Shown: positions 37,121-49,290 of the stretch, in pieces | Layout: the number at the start of each line of letters is the position of its first letter | Numbering within the stretch: the first letter of the stretch is position 1 | NCBI GenBank assembly: GCA_965645245.1 | Contig: OZ287086.1 | Location: 1,116,001 to 1,180,000 of the forward strand | Direction of reading: 5' to 3' | From: Massalongia carnosa | Taxonomy: Eukaryota | Length of the DNA stretch: 64,000 nucleotides | Notes under the pieces: model-generated | Databases searched by the model: none | The model's input: only the letters and a program-made list of their open reading frames with translations | What the model was told of the DNA's origin: nothing | Made by a program: the position numbers and the translations under genes

Positions 37121-39167
37121 TAGACGTTTGTCCTAGTAAATCAGGTCCAAATCGACACATTTCCCTGAAAGTTTTGATAAGGTCCTGCTCAGCTCGTTTT
37201 AGCTGACCGGCCTTCTTTTTTCTGTCTTTCACCTTTTGTTTATCTTTGGCCCATTGCTGTCTTTGTTGAACGTCTTCAAGGCTTAGAACTCGAGCCTTTC
37301 CTCCATAGTGAGCCCCGCTACAATTGGCTCGATGATGGCGCCGTACATTGGCCTGAAGAAGCTCGTTGTTGGTGATACGTAGCAAGGTAGAGTCTGCGAA
37401 GGCATATTTAGCGCCTTTTATCAATTTATTTAGCGCTCGAACGGGAGTCGAGTCTGATTCTTCATCATTTCGAATTCGACGAATCAGTTGATTTATTTGA
37501 TCGATATTTGCAGGTGTCTTTTCAATTTCGTGAGAGTTTTGAAGGGTTGTCGGAGTGTTAGGATAAGAGGAGGTGATATTCGTGGTGGTGGTAGTAGTAA
37601 TGGTGGTGGTGGTGGTGATGGTGGTAGTGGTGGTGATGCTATCAGTCTTTCGCAACACCGATTGTTTATTAGTGAGTTTTTGAAGAACCGATGACGGATT
37701 GTATGGTACTAATCCGGTTGCTCTCCATGCAGTCAGCACGTTTTTTGTGTTGATTGCTTCTTTTCTTGCTTTTTGAATGATCTTCAGAAAATCCACCTTG
37801 TCCACTGAACAGACGTTGAATCGGGTGACGACCTCCAATTGTTTTTTGTACTCCCGTGATAAGGGCCCAAAAACACTCACGTCCAGAGGTTGCAACATAT
37901 GGGTAGTATGTGGAGGTAGACACCAAAGAATGATTTTCTTTTCGTTGCAAAACTTGATGAATTCGGTAGAAATATGGGAAGCATGACCATCTACTATAAG
38001 AAGTCGATATTCACCGTGTAGATATTTTGCAGTAGCAGGTTCAAAACACTTTTTCAACCAATCAAGACCTAGTTCATTGTCTGTCCATCCGTTTTCGCTG
38101 GTAACTATTTCAGTGTCAATGTCCTCCAGTGCATCGTACCAGGCCTTTTGCTTGTTGACTCCTTTGAAGATGACGAAAAGAGGTAAACTTCGACCGGTAG
38201 TACAAATGGACTCGATCAATGACACCCATTCTCGATTACCTGACTGTGCTGAAAAGGCTTGCTTTTCGTGCTTAGAAATTACTACTTTAGCACTAGCAGC
38301 TACCCCCATCATGAATCCCTTTTCGTCCATGTTGTAGATGTCTTCATCAAGAATTCCGTGCTTTTCTTTCATGGAAAGGAAAAGGTCAAACCAGTGCTGA
38401 AATATCTCTTCATTCTCAGCGAATAATCGTTCTTGATCTAGTGTGCGACTGTATTTAGCCTGCAGATCGGGATGACGATGTAAAAAATACTGTTGCCAAT
38501 TGACTCCTAGCACAGTATGATTCCCCCTTGCTCGTAGTAATTCTATGGCCATCTGACGTAGCTGAGCTATTTTAGCAGGCCAGCCCCAGGCGTACAGTTG
38601 TAAAACCCAGTTCTTCAAAGCGTCTTCCTCCTCGGGGGTCAGCAGTTGTTTAGTTTTATCAGACGTAAATCGTGGTTGACGACCCTGAATGCGGGCATGA
38701 AGGGTAGACTTTGAAACACTATATAGAAAAGCTGCCTTCGTAATGGAAAGAGCTCCATCGGCCTGTTTCCAGGCCAAAAAGGCTGACTGTAATCGTTGTT
38801 GATAGGTGGAGGTGGGGTGAAAACATGAAGAATGGAGGTCTTGTGGGAGGTGGTTTTTTACCTACACCCATGATTATAAAGTTTCAAAACGATGAATATA
38901 ATCTACTGTGATGTCTGAAGCTGAATTTGTATGTAAAATGTATGTAATGAAGGCTTCATCATCTAGAGTGGTCAAAAAGTGATGATTTCGGAATTACTTA
39001 GTCCCGTTGCCCAGTTTGTCTCGTTGCCCAGTGAGTTACGTTATCATTCAGCCGCGCAACAATAACAGCTTGACTGATGCTTTCTATACCACTCATTTCC
39101 AAAGCCAGCCTCTGCACATTCCTACCAGGCTAGTTGTACAAGTCGAAGAAAGCTAGGACCTTCTATC

Positions 39168-42100
39168 ATGCCAGATAAAGATTTATGCCTATTATCTCTT
39201 GATGGTGGTGGAGTGCGAGGGCTATCGTCACTCGCAATCCTCAAGCGACTGATGGAGATCATCAATCCGGATGCGCCGCCGAAGCCATGCGAGTATTTCG
39301 ACATGATCGGAGGGACAAGTACCGGTGGATTGATTGCTATCATGCTAGGTCGTCTTGAGATGAATATCGATGAATGTATTGATGCCTATGTCGCATTGTT
39401 CGATCAAGTGTTTAAAAAAAAGCGGCATCGTGTCACAATAAACGGACACGTGCAGGGGAGATTCGACACGGAAGAGCTGGAACGGTCGATTCGAGAAATC
39501 GTAAAGCGGAAGGAGAAGGCAGGGGAAAATGCTCTCCTCAAAGGATCAGAGAATCAGCAATGCAAGGTGTTAGTGCTTCGGAAGTTGCATTTACACGTAT
39601 AATTCTAGTGATACTAATGAAAGCTAGATTTGTATGCGCTCTGAGCAAAGAGACTGCCGACACAGTCCTTTTCACATCGTATCCTTCTCGAGGATCATCA
39701 GATATGTACCATATGACACGAATTTGGGAGGCAGCTCGAGCCACATCTGCCGCATCATCCTTCTTTGATCCAGTTAAAATTGGCCAGTTTGAAGAAGAGT
39801 TTGTCGATGGGGCTGTGGGGGCTAACAATCCTGTCGCACATCTTTGGAACGAGGCCAAAAGTGTGTGGTCAGATGAAGCGCTTGAGGGAAACATCAAATG
39901 CCTGATATCTATCGGTACCGGTGTTCCATCCTTGGATTCTTATGGCTCAAGCCTCTTCGAGATTGCAAAAACGTTGAAAGACATTGCAACAGAGACAGAA
40001 AAAACAGCGGAGTCTTTTCATCGAGCGCATTCCGATCTCGACGATGGGAATCGCTACTTTCGTTTCAATGTTTCTCATGGGCTTGAGAGTATTGGACTCG
40101 AAGATGCAGCACAGAAGAACAAGATCATGGCCGCCACAACCCGCTATGTGGCTTTGGAAAGCGTGATGAAACAAATGAAGCTTTGTGGAAATAATCTTTC
40201 AACACGAGAATGTGCGTCAATGTTTGCTTGATAATTCTTGAGTTACTAAATCCTTGAATAGATAATGGTTCATATAAAGTGCCGTTCAGTTTGAAAGGCT
40301 TACTCCCTGTACCCAAATTCATAGCTCGTAATCAGGAAATGAATGACCTCAAGAATACCCTTTTCCCAAAACCAACTCGTGAGACTCGCCGGAAGGTGTT
40401 CGTTTTGCACGGACTGGGCGGCTCCGGCAAGACTCAGCTAGCAATCGAGTTCGCTCAAAGATCAAAGAAGATTTTTAGTTCTATTTTTTGGCTAAACGGC
40501 GATAGTAAGGAAAGTGTAAGTCAAAGTCTTGCACAGATTGCTCGGCAATTACCCCCAGATCAGATTCCGGATTCATGTAGAAAATTCTCCAAAACATCCC
40601 CTGAAGAGCTAGATGAAATCATTAGCAATATTCTTAATTGGTTCAGTCGACATGAAAACAATCAATGGCTTCTCATTTTCGATAATGTCGATCGTGATAG
40701 TTTCCTTGAGGTAAATGATCCTCAATCATATGATGTGAAAGAATTTTTCCCGGAAGCCGATCATGGCTCTATTTTAATCACAAGCCGATTACGACAGCTT
40801 CGACAACACGGGCAGGACCGGCAAATTGGAAGGATGAGCGATCTACAAGGAGTAGAAGTATTACGATGCAGGATAGGACGATCAATTGAAGGTAATGAAA
40901 TTCGAGCAACAGTCTTAATCCAATTACTAAGCATTATATAGGCCTTGATAGGATCGTCGAGAAAGTGGGCGGTCTCCCACTTGCACTTGCTCATGCAGGC
41001 TCCTATATCCACGGAACGACTACAAGTGTGAACGACTATATTCGATACTATGAAGAGGCTTGGGAGAAGCTTCACAACAACAAAACGACCCGATTAAAAG
41101 ATTATCCTCGTAGCATTTTATCTACGTACACCATTTCCTATGAATATGTGCAACGCAATGACGCGAGCGCTGCAAAATTGCTTAATCTGTTTGCATATCT
41201 CGATCATTCAGATTTATGGTATTCTTTATTCGCACCTATACTTGACGAAGACGAGAGCATTATCCCAAAAGAGACATTACCTATCTGGTTTTTATGTAGC
41301 ATGAAGACGGAATTTGATTTTACACAGAAGATTCAAATACTGCTGGATTACTCCTTGATAGAAACACGATATGAGATCTCCTCTTATGCGATTCATCCAA
41401 TTATACATGACTGGTGTTTTCACTTGAATCTAACCTCTAACGACGAGATAGCTTCTTTAGCAGTTTCTGTAATTGGTTCCGCATGTCATTCCACTGGCAG
41501 TTCAGCAAACTGGCTGCATCGAAAACGACTGGCTGGCCATTGTAGTTATGTTCACTTCTGGATTGGAAAAAAACATCAAAACCTCGAAAGGAATATGAGA
41601 TGGGAACAGGTACTATATCCTTCGTATCATGCTATTGGCTATTTTTCAAAAGAACAAGGCAAGCTGAGCGAGGCCGAAGAGATGTATCTGCGGGCATTGA
41701 CAGGATGCGAAAAGGCCTGGGGTCCTGATCACACATCAACGCTCGACACAGTCAACAATCTAGGGCTTTTGTATGCAAATCAAGGCAAGATGAACGAGGC
41801 CGAAGAGATGTATCTGCGGGCATTGACAGGAAAGGAAAAGGCCTGGGGTCCTGATCACACATCAACGCTCGACACAGTCAACAATCTAGGAATTTTGTAT
41901 GCAGATCAAGGCAAGATGAACGAGGCCGAAGAGATGTATCTGCGGGCATTGACAGGAAAGGAAAAGGCCTGGGGTCCTGATCACACATCAACGCTCGACA
42001 CAGTCAACAATCTAGGAATTTTGTATGCAGATCAAGGCAAGATGAACGAGGCCGAAGAGATGTATCTGCGGGCATTGACAGGATACGAAAAGGCCTGGGG

Positions 42101-43370
42101 TCCTGATCACACATCAACGCTCGACACAATCAACAATCTAGGAATTTTGTATAAAAATCAAGGCAAGATGAACGAGGCCGAAGAGATGTATCTGCGGGCA
42201 TTGACAGGATACGAAAAGGCCTGGGGTCCTGATCACACATCAACGCTCGCCACAGTCAACAATCTAGGAAGTCTGTATGCAGGTTAAGGCAAGATGAACG
42301 AGGCCGAAGAGATGTATCTGCGGGCATTGACAGGATACGAAAAGGCCTGGGGTCCTGATCACACATCAACGCTCGACACAGTCAACAATCTAGGGCTTTT
42401 GTATGCAGATCAAGGCAAGATGAACGAGGCCGAAGAGATGTATCTGCGGGCATTGACAGGATACGAAAAGGCCTGGGGTCCTGATCACACATCAACGCTC
42501 GACACAGTCAACAATCTAGGAATTTTGTATAGAAATCAAGGCAAGATGAACAAGGCCGAAGAGATGTATCTGCGGGCATTGACAGGAAAGGAAAAGGCCT
42601 GGGGTCCTGATCACACATCAACGCTCGACACAGTCAACAATCTAGGAAGTCTGTATAAAAATCAAGGCAAGATGAACGAGGCCGAAGAGATGTATCTGCG
42701 GGCATTGACAGGATACGAAAAGGCCTGGGGTCCTGATCACACATCAACGCTCGCCACAGTCAACAATCTAGGACTTTTGTATGCAGATCAAGGCAAGATG
42801 AACGAGGCCGAAGAGATGTATCTGCGGGCATTGACAGGATACGAAAAGGCCTGGGGTCCTGATCACACATCAACGCTCGACACAATCAACAATCTAGGAA
42901 TTTTGTATAAAAATCAAGGCAAGATGAACGAGGCCGAAGAGATGTATCTGCGGGCATTGACAGGATACGAAAAGGCCTGGGGTCCTGATCACACATCAAC
43001 GCTCGCCACAGTCAACAATCTAGGAAGTCTGTATGCAGGTTAAGGCAAGATGAACGAGGCCGAAGAGATGTATCTGCGGGCATTGACAGGATACGAAAAG
43101 GCCTGGGGTCCTGATCACACATCAACGCTCGACACAGTCAACAATCTAGGGCTTTTGTATGCAGATCAAGGCAAGATGAACGAGGCCGAAGAGATGTATC
43201 TGCGGGCATTGACAGGATACGAAAAAGCCAAAGGTCCTGATCACACATCAACGCTCGTCATAGTCAACAATCTAGGAATTCTGTATGCAGATCAAGGCAA
43301 GATGAACGAGGCCGAAGAGATGTATCTGCGGGGCTCAAGCGGCTTTCCTGTGCCAGGTATGACATTCTAG
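39168..43370 (+). CDS. Fungal NLR: patatin-like phospholipase, NB-ARC, TPR (PLP-1/het-z architecture); 3 introns; in-frame TAA at 42285 and 43041
   Basis: Patatin DGGGVRG, GTSTG, DGA; P-loop GLGGSGKT; Walker B LLIFDNVD; GGLPLALAHAG; 42-aa TPR repeats; introns ~39569-39627, 40212-40261, 40892-40941. Confidence 0.9.
41655..43332 (+). repeat. 13 full plus 1 partial near-identical 126-bp tandem repeats encoding TPR motifs
   Basis: Units start every 126 bp from 41655 (caaggcaagatgaacgaggccgaagagatg...). Confidence 0.95.
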
Positions 43371-43882
43371 GCAGGACAAGGCCTGATGACATATTCAAAC
43401 GTCAAAATGAAATCAAATCAATACCGTCTGAAAGCTAGTTGAATCTTGCTGGCAATGATGGCATTGAAATTCTATCGTTCAGCTGAGAAGGAACTTGAAG
43501 GTAAGGGGCGCAGGGGCGCAAGGTGTACGGCGGAAGTTTCAATTTCTTGGCATCTTGTCTCGCTGTGCCAAATCGGATCTAATAAGAATTGAAAGAGAGT
43601 AGGGATTAAAAGGGAGTAGTGATTGAAAAGGGATAGAGACTAAAATGCCCCAGTCATTTTAAAGCCTTGGGCATTTTTTCTGACTGAAGATATCATGTTT
43701 CACAGGAGTTTAATATCGTTTTTTGATATTGCTACTATTGTACATAACGGTCTAGATAGTGGCCCCAAGGATAAAACCATTATCTCTGACTTCATGTGTG
43801 TTGCGCCGAGATGCTCTCCATCTATAACGCGGTACATGTATGATTTAGGCAGCCATGTTAGATGAATATTAGATGGAGGCAG

Positions 43883-44080
43883 CTATCCTTCGTAAGAATA
43901 CAGTGATTGATAGGTAAGGTCAGCATACGCACGATTGCCCCCGAAGTGAGCGACCCAAGTCTGACCTGTCCATGGCCGATGATCTGGTCCATGATGATGA
44001 GTCTTTAGACAGAAGGGACATTGTACGTATACTCCTAGGCTATTCCATTCGGTCGCTGTTGCAAATGGTACGGTAGCCAT
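43883..44080 (-). pseudogene. Short gene fragment with a CxxC..H-rich putative zinc-binding motif
   Basis: WNSLGVYVQCPFCLKTHHHG; no clear continuation. Confidence 0.3.
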
Positions 44081-44387
44081 GATTTTGAAGACGGGATGTT
44101 GCGAGGAGTAGAGGAGCCGAAATTGGGAGCTAGAGCGATACGAGAGTTGATGCTGATGATGACGCAGCAGTCATAGGCTACAAGGAGCGAAGTACCCATA
44201 AGAACCCGAGATGGTCATGAGACTTACCATTCGACGCATCGAAAACAGCAGAAGGGTATGGAATTAGTCAAGCTCGATGCCGAACCGAAGCTTTTCTATG
44301 GGGAGGCAACTTATTATGGCCGCTCGTAAGGCGGTGACCTTAAAAGGAATTTATGTAACCAATCTGCACGCAAAGGCCGAATGACAG

Positions 44388-44800
44388 TCAAGTGGGCGTC
44401 TTGTGAACTAACTCCGCAAGGTTCTGCAAGTGTATTGTGCTTGTCAAAACATCTTGACACCTTGGATGAGGGCATGCGATCGGATGACCGTCTTGGTGAT
44501 GACGAAGGTGTTTACAATGAAAGTGCTTTTTCAGATCGTAGCGGCTGTGAAAGACTTCAGACGTGTCTCGGTGGATAGCGCTACACAGCCGAGGCAAAAG
44601 ATACATTGAGTGGGTTCGCATTCAATCGGGATGGAGTCTGAAAGAGAGGCTGGATCGAGGACAGATGGTGGTGTTAGACGCCTTCCTTGACGACCGACGT
44701 GGACGCTTGCCTTCCTGCAAGCGACAAAGGGCTGTCAAAGTGTTGGAACTGTGACTGCAACAGGCGGAATGGTAGGTAAGTGATATGACTAGTTCGACAA
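44388..44800 (-). pseudogene. Degraded C-terminus of a DUF3435 tyrosine recombinase (Starship captain)-like protein
   Basis: Across frameshifts it reads ..LTALCRLQEG.. / DSIPIECEPTQCIFCLG..ETRLKSF / HSRYDLKKHFH..IACPHPRC..HLQNLAELVHKTPT*, resembling DUF3435 C-termini as I recall them. Confidence 0.6.
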
Positions 44801-45309
44801 ACGAGTTCTTGCACATGCAAAACAAACTGGGAGAAACGATTGACTTTCTACCACTACGTAGGGTAAAACTGCTCCTATTTATGCCCGTCCACCAGCGATT
44901 CCAGAAGCTTCCATTTCCATCTCATCGATTCCCGCTTCCGAAGCGATTTCTGACTTCATACAAATTTGCCACCGCCACAAGCCTTTCCTTGCCGAGGTAG
45001 ATGCAAATTGCTTTGTCAGCTGGTTTCGGTACTTGGCATCGGTTTGCCTCAGTACCTCAGACGTGCGTGGCTCTATGAGCCGGCTAAGCCCCTCCGGGTT
45101 AGCCTATTTCGCTAATCCTCTTCGGGTTAGCGTCGCTATAATTCCGCGCCATCCCAAACTCATCACTCGATGAAATATGGCTTGGAAAAATGGCTATAGG
45201 TGACTCTAGGTCCAGTCGCTAACTTTAAGTTATAGAAGGTATCGGGAAATCGGTTCTCACGTGCGTGCACTTCTTGTATTTCACAAAAGTAACTGAATCT
45301 CATGCAGCC

Positions 45310-47479
45310 CAGATCCCTTGTCATTGATTCTCTACAGAAAGCAACAAGGAGCAAAGACGTAGGCCTTGCGTATATCTACTGCAGCTACAAAGAAAGGCAA
45401 AGGCAATCATCAAGCAATCTAACAGCAAGCCTCCTGCAGCAGTTGCTCATGGAACAACGCGACATACCCAACGATGTAATAGCTCTTTACGAACGGCACA
45501 CCAGGATCAAGACTCGGCCATTGCTGAATGAGTATCTACAACATCTTCGAGCTGTTATCGACGACTTTTCACGAGTCTATATCATAATCGATGGCCTAGA
45601 CGAATGTTCAGAAGTAAATTCAACACGAAGCAGTTTTCTTGCTGGTGTGACGAAGCGAGATAGTGAATAGATTTCTACCATTGCGCCACCTGTCCTTCCC
45701 GACCAAAAGGCACAATACTTAGTCCGCAGACCAAGCTCTATTCTACTATAACTGGGACTCCTGCTATGTTCGCTGTAGGTCCTGCCGTCCGCACCACGCT
45801 TGGTCGAACCGTTACAGCTGGAATCAACGATATCAGGCCCCAGATCTGTACATTCGTCACCTCTCGCTATCTTCCCAGTATCGAGATCGAGCTGCCTGGA
45901 GCAAGGAGGCTACAAATAGAGGCCAATGATGACGACATTAAAAAATATCTCATTCAGCGTTTGCAAAATGGGGAATTTTTGAAACGTCATTTGGAAAAGG
46001 ACCCCAGTCTTCGTGAGAGCATCATCGGAAGCATCATCAGCAAAGCTCGACGGATGTTCCTTCTAGCTCGACTATATATGGAGTCGCTCACTCGCTTGAT
46101 CACTTTGCGCAAGGTGAAAGTGGCTTTGACAACTCTACCAGAAGGACTGGAGAACATGTACAACGATTTGCTTGAGCGGATACAAGGGCAGGAAACTGAG
46201 CTTGCCTCCCTCACCATGAACGTACTCGGCTGGATTTACCATGCAAAAAGACCGCTACAGCTTCTAGAACTACAGCATGCATTAGCAGTCGAGCCTAAAG
46301 ACACCTTCCTTGATGAGGATGGTTTGCAGGAGAAAGAGAGGATGATATCAGGTGTGCCTTGGTTTCTTGTCTGTGCAAGGGGACGATACAGTAACCTTCA
46401 TACATTACACTGCGTAGGAATACTTTGATCGAAGACCACCTTCGTTTTTTGATAAAGTCAGGATCAGCATTGCACAAGTGTGCCTTACCTATTTATTGTT
46501 CGAGAATTTCGCACTGGGTGCAAGTACAAACGATGAAGACTTCGAAACGCGTTCGAACCAGTACCCGTTCTTGAAGTACGCTTCCACCTATTGGGGCATT
46601 CATGCGCACAGTCAAAAGGCATCGAGCCAAGCTCTTGAGGATCAAATAGTGGACTTCCTTAATAATCCTGGCGCAATCTCTACCTCGGTCCAAACAAAGA
46701 CAGTGTATTCTCGAGAGCACAGAACCAAATATACTGGTTACAGTCAAGCATTCCCGAAGCATACGCCTGGCTTAGTGCTAGTCTCATCATTCGGTCTATC
46801 CAAGATCACAGCCGCATTGATACAGCAAAATGCTCGAGTTGAAGAAGAAGATTCCCGCGGTGTTAGAGCCATACACCAAGCCATTTGGGAGCACCGCGAT
46901 TCTGTAACGCAGATTCTCTTCGATCAAGGAGCAGATTTTAACGCTACTGTCAACAGCCCAGAGCCATCGCTACATTCGGCAGTAGCAATGCAGGGGTCGA
47001 CACTTCATCTGGCTGCTATCAAAGGCAACGTTTTCTTTGTGAAACAGCTCATTGAAAGAAAAGGAGAAGTAAACATCCGACTTGATAATGGCTGGACACC
47101 GCTACACATGGCCGCTGCTAATGGACACATATCTGTCATGGAGCTTTTGACGAATTGCGGCGCCGAAGTCAATGCCGTAGATGGTCATGGTGCAACAGCG
47201 ACCTATCGGGCAGCTGAGAATGGTCAAGGAGCTGCCATACAACTTTTGCTCAAGTATCAAGCGGACATCAATACCAGAACCAAGATTGATCAGACACCAC
47301 TACTCCGCGCGGCAGAAAATGGACACGAGGGCACGGTGGCTGTGCTGTTGCAGCATGGAGCGGATTGGAAGATCAAAGATTTTCTTAGATGGACGCCACT
47401 GTATCGAGCGTTAGATCAGGGACACGGTAGTGTTGCAAGGCTGCTTAAGAGATTGGCAAAGGAACAACAAGGACAGTAA
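45310..47479 (+). pseudogene. 5'-truncated NACHT-associated winged-helix plus ankyrin-repeat NLR-like pseudogene
   Basis: GLAYIYCSYK, YIIIDGLDEC, MFLLARL, AKRPLQLLELQHALA, YASTYWGIH, ankyrins GWTPLHMAA; solo-LTR insertion, frameshift near 46350, no P-loop exon visible. Confidence 0.82.
45646..45816. mobile_element. Solo LTR (171 bp, TG...CA) inserted in the NACHT-ankyrin gene
   Basis: 5-bp TSD GCTGG on both sides; removal restores FLAG/INDIRPQ. Confidence 0.85.
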
Positions 47480-47990
47480 TAGTGACTAACATAATCTCCT
47501 GTAAACTTGATTTGGAATGGAGACCGAAAAGACCGAAATTTAATCTACTCTCACAGATTAATTGGCCGCTAATATCTCACTTTTCCACAACCCATGGCTG
47601 TTCCGTTATTGAAGATTTTGTGGGTACTCCGGAGATGGAATTAATTTTGCTGAAGCGTGGAGAAATGAAATTAAACAATAGATGTGCTGAGAAATAAATT
47701 AGCTGGGATAAAGCGATAAAGGGTAATGAAATAGTGAAATCTTAATTAGAAAGAATGAGGGGTGGGAAGGATTAATGAAAGAATGAAAGAAGAGAAAAGA
47801 ATAAAATCAAGCAAAAGAAGATGTCAGGAGGAAGAATAGAAATCATAGATAGGGAATAAGGAAAGGAAAAGATGAAATGAAAGGAATATTCAGAAACAAG
47901 CACGAAGGAGAGATAACAGACAAAAACTCAATTGACGAAATTTTTTAAAGAAAATTCAAAAAAGAAAACAATATTAATAATCGTTACAAA

Positions 47991-48389
47991 TACGCCGCGC
48001 AACGGGTCGGGTTGGGTCGGGTTTTGACTAGTTGAACCCGACCCACTACCGGGTCGGGGAACCTGTAAGGCTCAACCCGCTGGGTTGGGGAGCCGTTCCC
48101 GGGTAAACCCGTTTGACCCGTTCGACCCGGTAGATTTTTTAATGTTATTTTAAACGTGTTTTTTAGACGTTTTAAACACATTTGAAAATTGTGAAAATTC
48201 TGGAAATTAGTCATCAAGAAATGATGATTAGTAAGCAAAAATTTAATCACTTCAAACGTCATATTTTTGTCGAATTTTCGTATATAATTTGCAGAAAAAA
48301 CTGACCGGGTTGAACGGTTCAACCCAGAAACCCGTATAAAAAACCCGAACCTGACCCGAAAACCCGACCCAAACCCGTTGCGCGGCGTA
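47991..48389. mobile_element. Non-autonomous TIR element (MITE-like) with aacccg subterminal repeats
   Basis: tacgccgcgcaacgggt / acccgttgcgcggcgta; related short copy at 58483-58630; no clear TSD. Confidence 0.7.
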
Positions 48390-48415
48390 TATAACTTTAT
48401 TCGAATTTTAACACT

Positions 48416-48769
48416 AGTTAAATGGTATATCAGGTAGGGAGAAGAGAAGACTGCATGAAGGTATGTTCTATTGAGATCTGTCTATTAGAATGTACAAATC
48501 AGGCTACTTCATTTCAGCTACACTTACTTTCTACCGCACGAGTATGGCGCACCCTAATGGCTAGACGTATCGCTAGTCTAATACTAGCATACCGTACATT
48601 GTCTATAAATCTAGCTATTCCCACTATATTGAAACAATAGCAAGCGTTCTATCCTCTATTTACTATACTACCTTTTGATACTGTCTACATGGCTATTATA
48701 TACTGCCTAGCGCGCCAAGGCTCGCAGGGCTGGGCTACACCCGCAAAGGGGTTGGAGGATAATTTAACA
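48416..48769. mobile_element. Solo LTR-like element with ACACT TSD
   Basis: agttaaat...atttaaca flanked by acact/acact; internally deleted copy at 57858-58008. Confidence 0.75.
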
Positions 48770-48773
48770 ACAC

Positions 48774-49290
48774 TGTCAAGGAACTGGATTTGATGGTCAA
48801 GCTTTCTAATTGACTGAGTCTATAGCTACAGCTAGGCTAGATTAGCTATTCAAGACGTCGGACAAGGAGCCAGAACTTTCGAGACTCGACCCCTTCTTTT
48901 ATATCTGTTCTTACCTCCTTACCCCTTTGTTTCCTTGATCTTCGATGTCTCCTATTCATCTCCTTTTCCTAAGTAAATACGAAGACACCTAATGGGGACC
49001 GGGTAATTTCGAAGATCGGGGGCGGAGCCGTAATCGATCTAACCGCATCGAGAAAGGTTGGAACAGCGCGCACGGACCAATGAACCTGTGGTAGGTCTAA
49101 TGAACCTACGCTAGGTCTAATGAACCCGCGGTAGTTCCAATGAACCTGCGTTAGGTCCAATGAACCTGCGGTAACTCCAATGAACCTGCGGAAGCTCCAA
49201 TGAACCTGCGGTACGGTAGGTAGGGACAGGATAGAGGGGGCAACTACGGATAAGGCCGAGATCCTTTTGGTTCGAAGCCGTTTCATGATA
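48774..49290. mobile_element. Solo LTR containing about 7 copies of a 20-bp repeat (caatgaacctgcggtag..)
   Basis: tgtcaagga...ttcatgata with AACAC TSD (48410-48414 and 49291-49295); repeats at ~49078-49212. Confidence 0.65.

Larger units (their letters stand above)
34959..38777 (-). pseudogene. Outer pogo transposase, split by the insertion at 35215-37120
   Basis: Removing the inner element rejoins ...GPDLLGQTS/TASSTKSPQK...RKM* in frame. Confidence 0.85.
34790..39041 (-). mobile_element. Outer pogo/Fot1-type DNA transposon, interrupted by a nested pogo
   Basis: TIRs acgtaactcactgggcaacg / cgttgcccagtgagttacgt with TA TSD; transposase with YNMDEKGF, LIVDGHASH, QPLDV. Confidence 0.92.

Noticed and set aside
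41655..43332. CRISPR-like regular array
   Set aside because: Contiguous 126-bp in-frame coding repeats with no unique spacers, in a eukaryotic gene
49078..49212. 20-bp repeat array as CRISPR or iterons
   Set aside because: No spacers; lies inside a TSD-flanked solo LTR
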